DNA from: Squalus acanthias
Lineage: Eukaryota
Assembly: GCA_030390025.1 (NCBI GenBank)
Contig: CM059433.1
Span: forward strand, 992,001 to 1,056,000
DNA: 64,000 nt
Direction: 5' to 3'
Positions within the stretch are counted from its first letter, which is position 1. Each line of letters starts with the position of its first letter. The translations under genes were made by a program, and so were the position numbers. Shown here one piece after another: positions 62,966 to 64,000 of the stretch. The notes beneath the pieces were generated by a model, which saw nothing but the letters and a program-made list of their open reading frames with translations, searched no databases and was not told the DNA's origin.

Positions 62966-64000
62966 AAACATTGGGCAAAATGCCACTTCCATCTGCTTTA
63001 CTTCTGTCTGTCTGTCTGTCTCTCTATTCCATTGACTTCTATGTCTGTCTCGCTCATCATTCACTTCTGTCCCACTCCCTCCTTCACATCTGCCCTTGGA
63101 CTCCTTGGGCTATTTCTGGCACATCCGCACAATAAAAGTGGCTACACTTCAAAAGTAATTCATTGATTGTGAAGTGCTTTAGGACACCCTGAGGACACCA
63201 TAAAGTGCTATATAAATGCATGTTTGTTCTGTCTTGCAGAAATGCCAAAGTAAAAAATGCTGATAGATATTCTTTAAGTCTGCCCCCAGTGGCTAATATA
63301 AAGCTGTCTAGTGGAGCTTCACTGTTTTCGAATCCCAGCAATTCACTGGCTGAAACCTACCAATGTGGAATTAACATCCATTTTACAAAGTTTTTTTAAA
63401 CTCTCATACAAATTTTTTTTGTTTTTCTTTTCTCCCGTTTGCTCCTGAAGGCGTTTCTTCTCTTACTGGATACCTGGCCCATGAGACCATTCTTCATCTC
63501 TGAGCCCTGACACTGAGTGTTGTCAGGCAATCTGTCTGTGGAGGACAACACAGCTGAGCCTGATTCTGCCTTACCTGATGCCTGCACATGTGCACTTCCA
63601 GCAGCTGTATAATGGTCAGGAGCAGGAAGCCTGGCAGGTATTTCCCTTCACTAATGCGCTGCAACTAATAGTAATACCCTTTCTGCTGTCTCAGCTGACA
63701 CCAGTTAACTCAGCATTGAACTGGGACCTTCCTGGCCTCTATAGTTCTGAGGAGATCGAATTTCTTCTGATGTTACATCGGACCTGGATGGGCAGGGACC
63801 AGAAATTCAGATGGGGAGCTGTTCTGCCAACCACTTCCAGGATTGCCTGCTGAATGTGACAGTGGGCGTACAATAGGTCTGCCCAAATAAGACACAAATA
63901 ATGGGGATATGATTAATTGCACTCGCCAAGGAGGAAGGTTCGAAACTAATTTTTAATTACCTTTGCCCGCATGCTACATTGTGCCAGGCACTGAGCAACA

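Noticed and set aside
61874..63853. Short ORFs in unique-looking sequence near the window end
   Set aside because: No recognisable domains or consistent exon chain

Overview
Eukaryotic (vertebrate) non-genic or intronic DNA made mostly of transposable elements. The repeat repertoire (CR1 LINEs with TTCTTATG-type tails, L2, tRNA-headed Deu-domain SINEs, Penelope, Harbinger) suggests a cartilaginous fish; that assignment is inference. I recognised no host protein-coding exon. Contents: two full-length but disabled two-gene PIF/Harbinger transposons plus remnants, at least eight Harbinger-type MITEs with 3-bp TSDs, a young 4.35-kb Gypsy element of the CsRn1 clade, many CR1/L2 fragments, a Tx1-type ORF1 fragment, and Penelope pieces carrying minimal hammerhead ribozyme motifs. 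There are three tandem arrays (21, 33 and 36 bp), two of them clearly grown inside TEs. Structural highlights: a 1.49-kb palindrome built from two inverted MITEs, multi-level nested insertions at 2.9-14.7 kb, hammerhead-bearing short Penelope derivatives, and a MITE family with conserved hairpins and clustered splice-donor motifs. The long repeat-derived ORFs are most likely not genes. I cannot claim a wholly new system; the findings are candidates. All alignments and counts were done by eye.
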